From contig CALXVO010000002.1 of the NCBI GenBank assembly GCA_944392065.1, positions 1 through 34,119 of the forward strand: DNA of 34,119 nt, written 5' to 3'. Below, piece by piece: positions 17,707-26,982 of this stretch (positions within the stretch are counted from its first letter, which is position 1; every line of letters begins with the position of its first letter). This stretch comes from an uncultured Clostridia bacterium. GTDB lineage: Bacteria; Bacillota; Clostridia; TANB77; CAG-508. The position numbers and the translations under genes were made by a program. A model generated the notes under the pieces. The model worked only from the letters and a program-made list of their open reading frames with translations. It ran no database searches and had not been told where the DNA came from.

Positions 17707-17992
17707 TTTCAAGAAACTTTTTATGTATATTTCTCTCTATATATGCGAATATGCATAAAAACACTTTTAATACAATATATTAATTATATTTTAGCACCTT
17801 TTCGGCAAATTTCAACATTAATATCATAGTAATTTTTACCATATCTTGTTTTCCGTTTACGGAAATTCATTTTTTAAGCAAATATTAAATTTATATTACA
17901 TTTTTATTACAATTTTACAAATAGTAACTTATTTTATTTTTTTGAATATTATATTATAGTTTTATTAACATATATTATATTGGGGTGAGTTT

Positions 17993-18154
17993 ATGAATAA
18001 TCAAAATAAAGGTATGGATATGGCACAATTAATGTCATTACTTTCTAAGATGGATAAAAAAGATTTAGAGCAGGGATTAAACAAATTAAGTGGTATGCTT
18101 AAATCTAAGGATTCTAATGAGATTATTAATGAAATTAAGAAAGGAAAACAATAG
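17993..18154 (+). CDS. small hypothetical protein (53 aa)
   Basis: ATG is preceded by GGGGTGAG 4 nt upstream. The product is MNNQNKGMDMAQLMSLLSKMDKKDLEQGLNKLSGMLKSKDSNEIINEIKKGKQ. It is below the size cut-off of the ORF track. Its helical, K/E-rich composition is similar to the N-terminus of the next gene. Confidence 0.45.
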   Translation: MNNQNKGMDMAQLMSLLSKMDKKDLEQGLNKLSGMLKSKDSNEIINEIKKGKQ

Positions 18155-18257
18155 AAAAATAAACATGTAATTACTACACGCCTAAGAGATATTTAATAGA
18201 TATTTGTAAAATTCTTTCTTTATAATGGAGAAAGATATGTATATTGGAGGAATTTAT

Positions 18258-18629
18258 ATGAATGAAAATGATATAAATAATTTAATGAATCAATTTAATC
18301 AAATGTTGCAGAATAATGATATACCTGGTGATTTAAAAAACATTGTTGATAATTTAAAGAATTCTTCCAATAGCAACAATAATTCAGATAACAATAATAG
18401 TACTAGTTCTCCAGATATTGATATAAATACGATTTTAAAGATGAAGCAAGTTATGGATTCGATGAACTCAAATAAAGATGATCCGAGAACTAATTTACTA
18501 CTTTCCTTAAAACCCTATCTCAAGGAAAGCAGAAAACAAAAAGTTGATCAATATATAAAATTATTTGGTTTAGGAAAAGCGTTTGAAACGTTTAATTCCC
18601 TAGGTGGTGAGACTAAACATGATGTATAA
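18258..18629 (+). CDS. hypothetical protein (123 aa) with an Asn/Ser-rich linker
   Basis: GGAGGA sits 7 nt upstream of the ATG at 18258; the ORF track starts at 18225. The conserved-looking C-terminal half reads DDPRTNLLLSLKPYLKESRKQKVDQYIKLFGLGKAF. Confidence 0.6.
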   Translation: MNENDINNLMNQFNQMLQNNDIPGDLKNIVDNLKNSSNSNNNSDNNNSTSSPDIDINTILKMKQVMDSMNSNKDDPRTNLLLSLKPYLKESRKQKVDQYIKLFGLGKAFETFNSLGGETKHDV

Positions 18630-18981
18630 TTTTCCTTTTTTCTCGCATTTTTCTCCTAGGTCATATTATGGCTATCCACAAAAGAATTTAAAAAACAAGA
18701 ATCAAATCCATAATAATGAACATATGAGTAGTAATGCTAAGTATTCAAACAAGGGAGCAAAAGTTTCCTATAATGAAAAATTATCCAATTATAAATTTGA
18801 TAATAAAGAGGTTAGTAAAGAAGAGGATAGATTAATTGAAGAAAACACTGTATTTGAATTTTTCGGTATAAAATTACATTTTGACGACCTTCTTTTAATC
18901 TTATTAATATTCTTTTTATATAATGAAGGAGTCAAGGATGAATTTTTATTTATTGCATTAGTTTTATTATTATTATCTTAA
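18619..18981 (+). CDS. hypothetical protein (120 aa) with a C-terminal hydrophobic segment
   Basis: GGTGGTGAG RBS precedes the ATG at 18619, which overlaps the end of the preceding gene by 11 nt and suggests translational coupling. The C-terminus reads FEFFGIKLHFDDLLLILLIFFLYNEGVKDEFLFIALVLLLLS. Confidence 0.55.
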   Translation: MMYNFPFFSHFSPRSYYGYPQKNLKNKNQIHNNEHMSSNAKYSNKGAKVSYNEKLSNYKFDNKEVSKEEDRLIEENTVFEFFGIKLHFDDLLLILLIFFLYNEGVKDEFLFIALVLLLLS

Positions 18982-19073
18982 ATCGAATTTTTTACTAATA
19001 TATGATAAATATTTATAAATATTCTGCTTAATGTTACAACACATTATTTTCAAATGTATCCTATCTAATTTTA

Positions 19074-19126
19074 ATGGCAAATATATTTCTATTGTTTAAA
19101 TATCCAAATAGAAATATATTTGCCAT
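19074..19126. terminator. perfect 20-bp hairpin between convergent genes (candidate bidirectional terminator)
   Basis: ATGGCAAATATATTTCTATT, a 13-nt loop, then AATAGAAATATATTTGCCAT. There are only weak U-tracts on either side. Confidence 0.45.
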
Positions 19127-19196
19127 GTGAACTACTTAAGAATAATAGTTATATTACAACTTTTTCATTATAGAAGCTGAAACATTACATTTACTA

Positions 19197-19814
19197 CTAC
19201 TCTAATATTAACTCATCTTTATCATTTATGTATGCAGATGTTTTTACTTTATGGATTTCTTCTTTATCTTTTTCTATTTCTTTTACGATATCTGCAATTC
19301 TTATTTGTACTGCCTCAATTTCCACTGCTTCGATAACAGCATCTTTATTTCCCTTTGCACCCGCATGAGCTAATCCTCTTAATATGCCTAGTACAACTAT
19401 ATTTTCTCCTGCAATAACTTCTGCTCCCGCATTTACATCCCCTATTATAACTAAACTTCCTTCATATTCTATTCTTTGACCAGACCTTAAAGATCCTTTA
19501 TGAAATTTAGTTTCTGAAGTTGCTACTTCCTTATAGAAAGTTTTCTTTATTCCATGCAATCCTAATACTTTTGGGCTGTCAAATTCTATTTGAACATCTA
19601 TAAATTTTCTTATTATAGACTGTATCTCATCCATTTCTTTATTTTTTAAAATTTTTCCTGTAATTAATATTGGTGTTTTATCTTCTTTATATAGATTTTT
19701 CAGTTCTATAATCTTTTTCTTTAAAGATGAAATAATTTCTTTTTGCTCTGCATTTTCATCTATTTTTATAATCACTTGGTTTTTTTTCATACTAATATTA
19801 ATACAATTATTCAT
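19197..19814 (-). CDS. minC: septum site-determining protein MinC
   Basis: The C-terminal beta-helix signature is GSLRSGQRIEYEGSLVIIGDVNAGAEVIAGENIVVLGILRGLAHAGAKGN. It sits downstream of mreBCD-PBP2, as in many Firmicutes. Confidence 0.85.
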   Translation of the reverse strand: MNNCINISMKKNQVIIKIDENAEQKEIISSLKKKIIELKNLYKEDKTPILITGKILKNKEMDEIQSIIRKFIDVQIEFDSPKVLGLHGIKKTFYKEVATSETKFHKGSLRSGQRIEYEGSLVIIGDVNAGAEVIAGENIVVLGILRGLAHAGAKGNKDAVIEAVEIEAVQIRIADIVKEIEKDKEEIHKVKTSAYINDKDELILE

Positions 19815-19836
19815 ATTTACTCACGCTTTCTTCTTA

Positions 19837-21912
19837 TTATCTAATACTCTCCACACTTGATTCTGCTGTTTTATCTTCTGTTACTTTTTCAGAATTCATA
19901 CCAAAGTATTCTTCTATTATCCTTTTAGCAGTATAAGATGTATAACCTCCTGAACCACCACCTTCAATAAGTACTACTACTGCTATTTCTGGATTTTCAT
20001 ATGGAGCAAATCCCGCAAACCACGCATGAACTATGTCTTCATTTTGTGTCTGTGCAGAACCTGTTTTTCCTGCTATTACCATATCTAAATCAGTAAAATA
20101 TGAATATGCAGTACCTCCTGATTCACTTGTTACACCTTTCATTCCTTGTCTTATAGCTTTTAGATATTCTTCCGAAACATTTAAGTCTTCCTCAAGCTCA
20201 TTTGTCGTACCAATTTTTTTATTTACATTATTTTCAATTTCTTCTTTTGAAACCTCCGATCCATCTGAATTAATTACTGATTTTATAATACTTACATCAA
20301 TATATTTTCCTCCGTTTGCTATCATACTTATGTATTTAGCCATCTGCAATGGAGTAAACTCATTATAACTTTGACCTATAGAAGCTGACAAAGTGTCTGC
20401 TAAATACCATGTGTAATTTATACTTTCTGCATATTCTGTACTAGCAACTGTGCCCCTATTTTCACCCGTAAGTTCTATTCCTGTTCTTTTTCCCAATCCA
20501 TAACGTGATGCATATTCTGCTATTTTATCTATACCTAATCTATACCCCATTTCATAGAAGAAATAATTACAAGAATATTTAAGAGCCTGACTAACATTCA
20601 AATATCCATGTCCTCCTCCATAACTTTTATAATACCAACACACAGGATGATAACTATATGGATACACTCCAGTGTCATTAATTCTTGTTGTAGTAGTTAT
20701 TGTCTCTGTGCCTAATGCTGCTGTTGCAACTGCCATTTTGAATGTTGATCCTGGTGGATATGATGAACTAATAGCCCTATTATGATATCTTCCAGTATTA
20801 TCATCAGAATATTCTTCTGAATACTTTCCAGGATTATAATCTGGATAACTAGCCAATGCCAACACTTCCCCCGTATTAATGTCCATAACCACTACTGCAC
20901 CTGCTTTAGCATTATATTTGGTTCCATATTTTCCATCTACTATATCTGCTATATTTTGCTTTAGGGCATCTTCTGCCACTTTTTGTAAGTTTGCATCTAT
21001 TGTTAATATAACATCTGAACCTGCAATCGCCTCTTCCGCAATATATTCATTAGTAATTGCTCCTTCAACTGTCATATCTACCTGTTTCACACCATCTGTA
21101 CCTTTTAAATATTCTTCTAAGACATATTGTATACCATCTTTGCCTATTATATCATCATTTCTATAGGTGTCTTTCCTTGTTTCATATTCTTTCTCGCTTA
21201 TTGCCCCTACATACCCTAAAACATGTGAAGCCAAACTACCCGATGTATATGAAACGGTTGGTTCTGCAGTTACATTCATTCCAGACAATTTTGCGTTTTG
21301 CTCTCTAATTTGTACAGCTGATATATCGCTTATATTACTTGCAAGTTTTACTGATCTAGTAGTACTATATCCATTTCTAGTAATCTCATATCTAACTGCT
21401 ATAATTTTTCTTGCTAGTTCTATATCTTCTGTAGAGACTTCATACTTATCTTTTAAGTAATAAAAGGTTTGCTCTGCAGTATAATTCTCGTCTATGTCAT
21501 TATTAGCCTTCCATTTTTTTTGTTCTTCTTCTGTTTCTTGAGTAAATTTAAAAGGAGTTACTTCAATTGGTAAATTATCAATAAATTCATCTTTATTTGA
21601 TTCTAGTATTTCTATAAATTTTTGTATTGATTTATTTAATGTTTGATCATCCACTTTTGTGCTATATATTTCAACACTGTATTTTGTATCTGTAGTTACT
21701 AATTCTACGCCCGTTCTATCTTTTATAGAACCTCTTGCAGCTTTTAAAACAGTTTCTCTTGTTAATCTTGAATTTGATTGTTCTCTATATTCGGCTCCAT
21801 GCACAATTTGCAGATTAAATAATTGAATAATTAGTATGATTCCAATTATGTATACTACTGTTGTAAGTATATTATATCTAAGCCTACCTTCTGGATTTTT
21901 TTCCTTGCCCAA
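19837..21912 (-). CDS. mrdA: penicillin-binding protein 2 (elongation-specific class B transpeptidase)
   Basis: N-terminal anchor, PBP dimerisation region, transpeptidase motifs STFK (PPGSTFKM), a serine-x-asparagine-type motif (KYSCNYFF, Cys at the central x position) and KTGS (AGKTGSAQ). Apparent TTG start with a GGTGGTG RBS. Located directly after mreD. Confidence 0.85.
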   Translation of the reverse strand: MGKEKNPEGRLRYNILTTVVYIIGIILIIQLFNLQIVHGAEYREQSNSRLTRETVLKAARGSIKDRTGVELVTTDTKYSVEIYSTKVDDQTLNKSIQKFIEILESNKDEFIDNLPIEVTPFKFTQETEEEQKKWKANNDIDENYTAEQTFYYLKDKYEVSTEDIELARKIIAVRYEITRNGYSTTRSVKLASNISDISAVQIREQNAKLSGMNVTAEPTVSYTSGSLASHVLGYVGAISEKEYETRKDTYRNDDIIGKDGIQYVLEEYLKGTDGVKQVDMTVEGAITNEYIAEEAIAGSDVILTIDANLQKVAEDALKQNIADIVDGKYGTKYNAKAGAVVVMDINTGEVLALASYPDYNPGKYSEEYSDDNTGRYHNRAISSSYPPGSTFKMAVATAALGTETITTTTRINDTGVYPYSYHPVCWYYKSYGGGHGYLNVSQALKYSCNYFFYEMGYRLGIDKIAEYASRYGLGKRTGIELTGENRGTVASTEYAESINYTWYLADTLSASIGQSYNEFTPLQMAKYISMIANGGKYIDVSIIKSVINSDGSEVSKEEIENNVNKKIGTTNELEEDLNVSEEYLKAIRQGMKGVTSESGGTAYSYFTDLDMVIAGKTGSAQTQNEDIVHAWFAGFAPYENPEIAVVVLIEGGGSGGYTSYTAKRIIEEYFGMNSEKVTEDKTAESSVESIR

Positions 21913-21928
21913 TTTTTCACCACCTTTA

Positions 21929-22462
21929 TTAAAAATATCTAGTTAATATGTTTTTCGTTTTAAAGATTTCTTCCAATGCATGTCCCATTCTCTGTATTAA
22001 TGGATATAGTATAATAACTAATATTAGATTATATATTACCTCTATTAATAAAATTTTTATAAAACTAATTATTTCTAAATTAATTTCCAATGTTATTAGA
22101 TTAAATACGTAACACCCTAATTCATATATGACAGTACAGCCTGCCATCATAAGCATAATTGTAACTCTGCTCTCTTTTGAAAAATTTTTATCAAGATATT
22201 CTCCAATTAAACCTACAATTCCAAGCATTATTCCAGATATTCCGATTTGTCTACCTATTACAACATCTAAGAAAAAACCAAATATTATTCCTAATATTAG
22301 TCCTAATTTTTTTCCTGCAAATAACCCTATAAAAAGTGTTAATAGTACAAACAAATTAGGCTGTATTCCCGCTATAGTAAACCATGTAAACAAATTAGAC
22401 TGTATATAATATATTATAAAAAAAGATATTATTAATAATATTATTGATACTGCTTTTTTCAA
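21929..22462 (-). CDS. mreD: rod shape-determining protein MreD
   Basis: 177-aa polytopic membrane protein immediately downstream of mreC. TTG start with a GGGAGA RBS. Confidence 0.75.
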   Translation of the reverse strand: MKKAVSIILLIISFFIIYYIQSNLFTWFTIAGIQPNLFVLLTLFIGLFAGKKLGLILGIIFGFFLDVVIGRQIGISGIMLGIVGLIGEYLDKNFSKESRVTIMLMMAGCTVIYELGCYVFNLITLEINLEIISFIKILLIEVIYNLILVIILYPLIQRMGHALEEIFKTKNILTRYF

Positions 22463-22494
22463 GTCTGTCTCCCATCCCTTTCATAATATAATCT

Positions 22495-23319
22495 CTAAAT
22501 ATTGTTAGTTATTACAAGTACAGTAGTTAATTTTTCAAAATTAACCGCTGTATCCACTATAGCATACCTGTCTGTAATATTACTTGTATTTACAACTTCT
22601 CTTATAGTTCCTATATGTATTCCCTTTGGATAGATTCCTCCTATTCCAGAAGTTTCTATACTATCCCCTGCTAGAACCACTGCATCAGTTGGAATAAATG
22701 TTGCTTTTAATGCTGTTTTATCATCTAATGTTCCTTGTACTATTATAGTATCATCGGTTGTACTTATTTTGCTAGTGACTGCTGTTGCAGTATCTACAAT
22801 AGTTTGTACTTTTGCTGTATTTGAAGTAACAGAAATGATGTGCCCTACTAATCCGCTATCTGCTATAACTGTCATATCTTCTTTAACACCATCATCTGAA
22901 CCCACATTTATTATAATTGTGCTACTATAATTGCTAATATCTCTATTTATTACATCTGCAGGCATTGTAGTATAATCTTGATATTTATCTTTTAGATTCA
23001 CATATTCCTTTAAGGTTTCGTTTTCTGCTTTGATAATTTCCAATTCCCTTAATGATTGTTCAAGCTTACTATTTTCCTCTTTTAGGGCTTCATTTTCTTG
23101 TTTTAGAGTGTCTATATCCGCAAAAAACGCATCATTTCCAGAAAGCTTATTTTTTAAATACGTAAATCCATTTTGTATAGGCATCACAAGAATATTGCAT
23201 ATATTCTCTATATATGACATTTGGTTAACATTTCTATTAGTGAATACTACTAATAAGATCAAAATTATAATTGTTATTATGATTCCTATAACTCCGCGCT
23301 TTTTTTTATACATACCCAC
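22495..23319 (-). CDS. mreC: rod shape-determining protein MreC
   Basis: N-terminal TM segment, a coiled coil (LKQENEALKEENSKLEQSLRELE), then a beta-rich domain with GLVGHIISV...TSGIGGIYPKGIHIGTI. Confidence 0.85.
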   Translation of the reverse strand: MGMYKKKRGVIGIIITIIILILLVVFTNRNVNQMSYIENICNILVMPIQNGFTYLKNKLSGNDAFFADIDTLKQENEALKEENSKLEQSLRELEIIKAENETLKEYVNLKDKYQDYTTMPADVINRDISNYSSTIIINVGSDDGVKEDMTVIADSGLVGHIISVTSNTAKVQTIVDTATAVTSKISTTDDTIIVQGTLDDKTALKATFIPTDAVVLAGDSIETSGIGGIYPKGIHIGTIREVVNTSNITDRYAIVDTAVNFEKLTTVLVITNNI

Positions 23320-23337
23320 AACTCATTCCTTTTTAAA

Positions 23338-24369
23338 TCACTTTCTCTTTCTAGAGTTAATTAATACAGTTTTTAATCTTTCTAAGTCTTCTAAAGTTTT
23401 ACCAGTCCCTTTAACAACACATTCTAATGGACTTTCTACCACATATACTGGCATTTCTGTTCTTTCTGCTATTAGCTTATCTAGATTTTTTATTAATGCT
23501 CCTCCTCCTGAAAGAACTATACCTTTTTCCATAATATCGGATGATAATTCCGGTGGTGTTCTTTCTAGAGTTTGCTTAATTATTTCCACTATCTTATCTA
23601 TTGACTCTTTTATTGCTTCCTCAACTTGAGTAGAAGTAATCTTGACCGTTTGTGGAAGCCCTGTAGTTAGATCTCTACCACTCACTTCCATACTCATCTC
23701 TGTAACCAATGGCATAGCACAGCCTATTTCTTTTTTTATTTGTTCTGCAGTTGATTCTCCTATTGCAAGATTCATTTCTCTTTTTACATAATTAACTATT
23801 TCTTCATCTAATTCATCCCCTGCAATTCTAATAGAATTACTTACCACAATGCCACCAAGTGATATAACTGCAACCTCTGTTGTGCCTCCTCCTATATCTA
23901 CAATTATATTTCCGCTTGGTTCAGCAATATCTAGACTAGCACCTATAGCAGCTGCCATTGGTTCTTCCATCAAATATACTTCTTTAGCACCTGCTTGCAA
24001 AACCGCCTCTTCAACAGCTCTTTCTTCAACCTCTGTAATTCCTGATGGAACACCAACAACCACTCTGGTTTTTCCTATATTGTATCTCTGGCAGATTTTA
24101 TATATAATGTTTTTGAGCATTAATTGAGTAGCCGTAAAATCTGCTATAACTCCATCTTTTAATGGTCTTACTGCTTTTATTTGTTCTGGAGTTCTCCCAA
24201 GCATTTCTTTAGCTTCATGACCTGTAGCTAGTATTCTTTGTGTTTTTCTATCTATCGCCACAACAGATGGCTCATTTAAAACTATACCCTTTCCTTTTAA
24301 AGTAACTAATATATTGGCTGTTCCTAAATCCACTCCTATATCTTTTGAGCCTAATCCAAAAAAACTCAT
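23338..24369 (-). CDS. mreB: rod shape-determining actin homologue MreB
   Basis: MSFFGLGSKDIGVDLGTANILV...VVGVPSGITEVEERAV...DIGGGTTEVAVISLGGIV...GIVLSGGGALIKNLD. GGAGGGG RBS precedes the ATG at 24369; the ORF track extends 19 codons further upstream. Confidence 0.92.
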   Translation of the reverse strand: MSFFGLGSKDIGVDLGTANILVTLKGKGIVLNEPSVVAIDRKTQRILATGHEAKEMLGRTPEQIKAVRPLKDGVIADFTATQLMLKNIIYKICQRYNIGKTRVVVGVPSGITEVEERAVEEAVLQAGAKEVYLMEEPMAAAIGASLDIAEPSGNIIVDIGGGTTEVAVISLGGIVVSNSIRIAGDELDEEIVNYVKREMNLAIGESTAEQIKKEIGCAMPLVTEMSMEVSGRDLTTGLPQTVKITSTQVEEAIKESIDKIVEIIKQTLERTPPELSSDIMEKGIVLSGGGALIKNLDKLIAERTEMPVYVVESPLECVVKGTGKTLEDLERLKTVLINSRKRK

Positions 24370-24461
24370 AAAACCCCTCCATCTCGAGCAATTAAATACC
24401 CTAATAAATTCTTTTGTCAATAGCATGAAAAAGCTTTTTCCATACTATATATCTTTCTATA

Positions 24462-25148
24462 TTAATTATTTTTTAAATAAAAAATGCTTCTAAACCCATG
24501 CTCTCCAATCACAATGTGATCTAACAATTCTATTCCCATAACGGTTGATGCTTGTACTAATCTGTCTGTAAAATCATAATCCGATTTACTTGGTGTTGGA
24601 TCTCCACTTGGATGGTTATGCACTAAAATTATCTTTGGTGCTCCTATTTTAATTGCTTCTTGTAATACATCTTTTGGTTTTAATATCGCAGAATTGGTTC
24701 CTCCAAAACATACATCTATAATTTTTATTATTATATTCTTAGAATTAAGTAATATAGCTTTTACTACTTCCCTTTTTTCGTATTTCATTTCTTCTATTAG
24801 TAATTCTGCTACATCTTCTGATGAATTAATTTGTACTTGATTGGTATTCAAGGGTCTTGACATTCTTTTTGTAAGTTCGCAAATAGCCATAAGTTGCAAA
24901 GCTTTTACTTTTCCAATCCCCTTTATACTCATAAATTCTTCTATAGATATATTTTGCAAAAATCTTAAGTTATTTTCTCCATTTTTTTCTAATGACAAAA
25001 TTTTTTGTGCAATACTCACACTACTTTCTTCTTTTGTTCCACTTTTTATTATAATTGCTATTAACTCTGCATTTGATAATGCTTTTGCCCCATACATTTC
25101 CATTTTTTCGTATGGTCTTTCCGATATAGGGAGTTCCTTCATCTTCAT
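24462..25148 (-). CDS. radC: RadC-family JAB/MPN-domain protein
   Basis: MKMKELPISERPYEKMEMYGAKALSNAELIAIII (helix-hairpin-helix N-terminal region) and the JAMM motif LVHNHPSGDPTPSKSD. GAAGGAGGA RBS. The ORF track starts 10 codons upstream. Confidence 0.88.
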   Translation of the reverse strand: MKMKELPISERPYEKMEMYGAKALSNAELIAIIIKSGTKEESSVSIAQKILSLEKNGENNLRFLQNISIEEFMSIKGIGKVKALQLMAICELTKRMSRPLNTNQVQINSSEDVAELLIEEMKYEKREVVKAILLNSKNIIIKIIDVCFGGTNSAILKPKDVLQEAIKIGAPKIILVHNHPSGDPTPSKSDYDFTDRLVQASTVMGIELLDHIVIGEHGFRSIFYLKNN

Positions 25149-25329
25149 TGTTAATTCCATTCCTCCTTCAATGAACAAATCTATTTGGAAAAGAATTGTT
25201 ATTTTGACTAGGCAAACAAACGAGAAAACCGGAATTGTACTTTATGTACGATAAGAATTTTCTATGCGAAGTTGCCACCTCGCCAAAATGCAATTATTTT
25301 TCAAATATTAGCCCCCTATATGTTATTAA

Positions 25330-25587
25330 TTACACTTTTCTATATATAAATATGGCAAGAACCATGCCAATAATACTTGCTATATTTATTTTGAACATTA
25401 GTCCAAAAGTTAAAGTTATTACTTGCAAATCTAAAGTTATTGGGTTTGACAAACCAAACTCTTGTCCATATGATAACCACCATAAAAAGTCCACATTGGA
25501 CGCAAGTTCTCCAAGTAATCCCCCTACTACTATCCCACATAATATAAATACGATTAATATCCATACATTTTTTTCTCTTGTTGCCAT
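25330..25587 (-). CDS. small membrane protein, DUF4321 family
   Basis: 85 aa with two hydrophobic segments. GGAGGA RBS. The pattern ...LDLQVITLTFGLMFKINIASIIG... resembles DUF4321 proteins, which are commonly found next to radC/mreB in Clostridia. Confidence 0.65.
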   Translation of the reverse strand: MATREKNVWILIVFILCGIVVGGLLGELASNVDFLWWLSYGQEFGLSNPITLDLQVITLTFGLMFKINIASIIGMVLAIFIYRKV

Positions 25588-25854
25588 ATTTATTATATCC
25601 TCCTCTTTTGCATATATTCGTTTTTTATTTATTATTATACTTATGTATTATATCTTGTATAAGATTTTTTTTCAAGATTTATAGGAAAGTTTTTCTATTT
25701 ATTTTTTGAAGATAATATGTTACAATAAATTTATTCAAAACTCTTTTAATTTTATTATTTTTGTGGTATATTTATGGTTACATTTTTAAAATATATTAAA
25801 TATAATATTATAATACATTTATTAAAGCATTTGTTACTTGAATGAGAGGTTTTT

Positions 25855-26493
25855 ATGAAATTTGAAAAGGTTAATGAAAATAAAATAAGAATTACATTGT
25901 CCATGCATGATTTAGAAGAAAAAGATATAGACTTTCATGATTTTATGTCTAATTCTTTAGAAACTCAAGATCTATTTTTAGATATGCTTGAAGAGGCAGA
26001 GGAGAAGATTGGTTTTAAAACTAGAAATTGCAAAGTAAAAATAGAAGCATTGGCTATGACTGAGGATAACTTTATATTAACCGTAACCAAGGTATTACCA
26101 GACACTTTAAGAAAACATTTTTATGTGTCCCCAAAGAAGAAGGTTAATGCTAGACGAAAAAGCAGTAGTTTGCAGTCCACAAATTTAATATATAAATTTA
26201 ATTCTTTTGATGATTACTGTAATTTTATTGAGTTTTTGTTAAATAATGATCTTAAAGATTCAAACAAAATAGCAAAAGAAGTTTATGTTTACACACATAA
26301 AAACTACTATTACTTGGTCTTATGTAATTTAAACACTAAATATGAAAAATTAGCAAAATTTTATACAGCAATCACTGAATTTGGATCATACATAGTAAAT
26401 CCTGACTTATTTATGCATAAATTAAATGAGGTTGGAATAGTTTTTATGAAAAATAATGCTTTAAAGAAAAGTTTTTTGCACTTTATAAAATAA
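25855..26493 (+). CDS. mecA: adaptor protein MecA (ClpCP adaptor)
   Basis: MKFEKVNENKIRITLSMHDLEEKDIDFHDFMSNSLETQDLFLDMLEEAEEKIGF is the typical MecA N-terminal domain. GAGAGG RBS. Confidence 0.82.
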   Translation: MKFEKVNENKIRITLSMHDLEEKDIDFHDFMSNSLETQDLFLDMLEEAEEKIGFKTRNCKVKIEALAMTEDNFILTVTKVLPDTLRKHFYVSPKKKVNARRKSSSLQSTNLIYKFNSFDDYCNFIEFLLNNDLKDSNKIAKEVYVYTHKNYYYLVLCNLNTKYEKLAKFYTAITEFGSYIVNPDLFMHKLNEVGIVFMKNNALKKSFLHFIK

Positions 26494-26637
26494 ATTACTT
26501 TATTAGATATAAATCTTGCAAGTTGCATTATTGATAGTGAATAATTTTATTTTATTGTTATTAAATATTATTTATCAAGTTTACTACTAGAATCTGCATA
26601 TTCTCAATTTCTGTGCCTTATTGTCATAAATAAAACC

Positions 26638-26680
26638 AAAAGTATGTAATATGTTATATCTATTACATACTTTTTCTTTG
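26638..26680 (+). terminator. candidate rho-independent terminator downstream of mecA
   Basis: AAAGTATGTAATA, a 9-10 nt loop, then TATTACATACTTT, followed by TTCTTTG. Confidence 0.5.
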
Positions 26681-26719
26681 TAATTATTCATCTTTTTACA
26701 ATATTATACCAGTTTAGTA

Positions 26720-26980
26720 GTTACTAGATAATGGTATTATCTATCATAAATACCTAGGTAATATGTATATTTCTCAAATTTTTTTGTTCCTTGGTGTCGC
26801 ACACCTTCTGATGATTAAAAGAAAAATGAATTTTTCTTTTAATCGCAGGAAGGTTGCTCCAAATCGCACTCGCTTCAAAGAAGCTCGTTTGGTCGCTTAC
26901 GCGTCACTGCAAAAATTTTCTAAATATACATATTACCTAGGTGTAAGGCTGAAATTTTTACAATACCATTATCTAGTAAC
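26720..26980. mobile_element. 261-bp MITE-like non-autonomous element B with perfect 18-bp terminal inverted repeats and a target-site duplication
   Basis: - TIRs: GTTACTAGATAATGGTAT (26720-26737) and ATACCATTATCTAGTAAC (26963-26980) are perfectly complementary.
- Target-site duplication: flanking direct repeat GTTTAGTA at 26712-26719 and 26981-26988; it is 9 bp if the shared G is counted.
- Second stem: a perfect 21-bp nested stem pairs 26752-26772 with 26922-26942.
- Core: GC-rich, with several local hairpins.
- Coding: none credible. Confidence 0.8.
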
Positions 26981-26982
26981 GT

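Noticed and set aside
23030-23629. Long plus-strand ORFs antisense to real genes. Examples are 23030-23629, 24841-25254, 25235-25684, 13765-14172, 5089-5478, 6049-6390, 31319-31705 and 20033-20368.
   Set aside because: All lie opposite well-supported minus-strand genes. They have low-complexity F/L/S/I-rich translations typical of antisense frames in AT-rich DNA, lack an RBS, and show no recognisable motifs.
25340-25564. Alternative-frame ORFs 25340-25564 and 6004-6204
   Set aside because: They overlap the DUF4321 and spoIIE coding frames on the same strand and have implausible Cys/Trp/Arg-rich translations.
26808-26814. CTGATGA inside element B, reminiscent of the hammerhead ribozyme core
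   Set aside because: The stem that follows is succeeded by CGCAGG rather than the required GAAA. No three-way junction with a cleavage-site triplet can be drawn. It is more simply a hairpin with a 4x4 internal loop.
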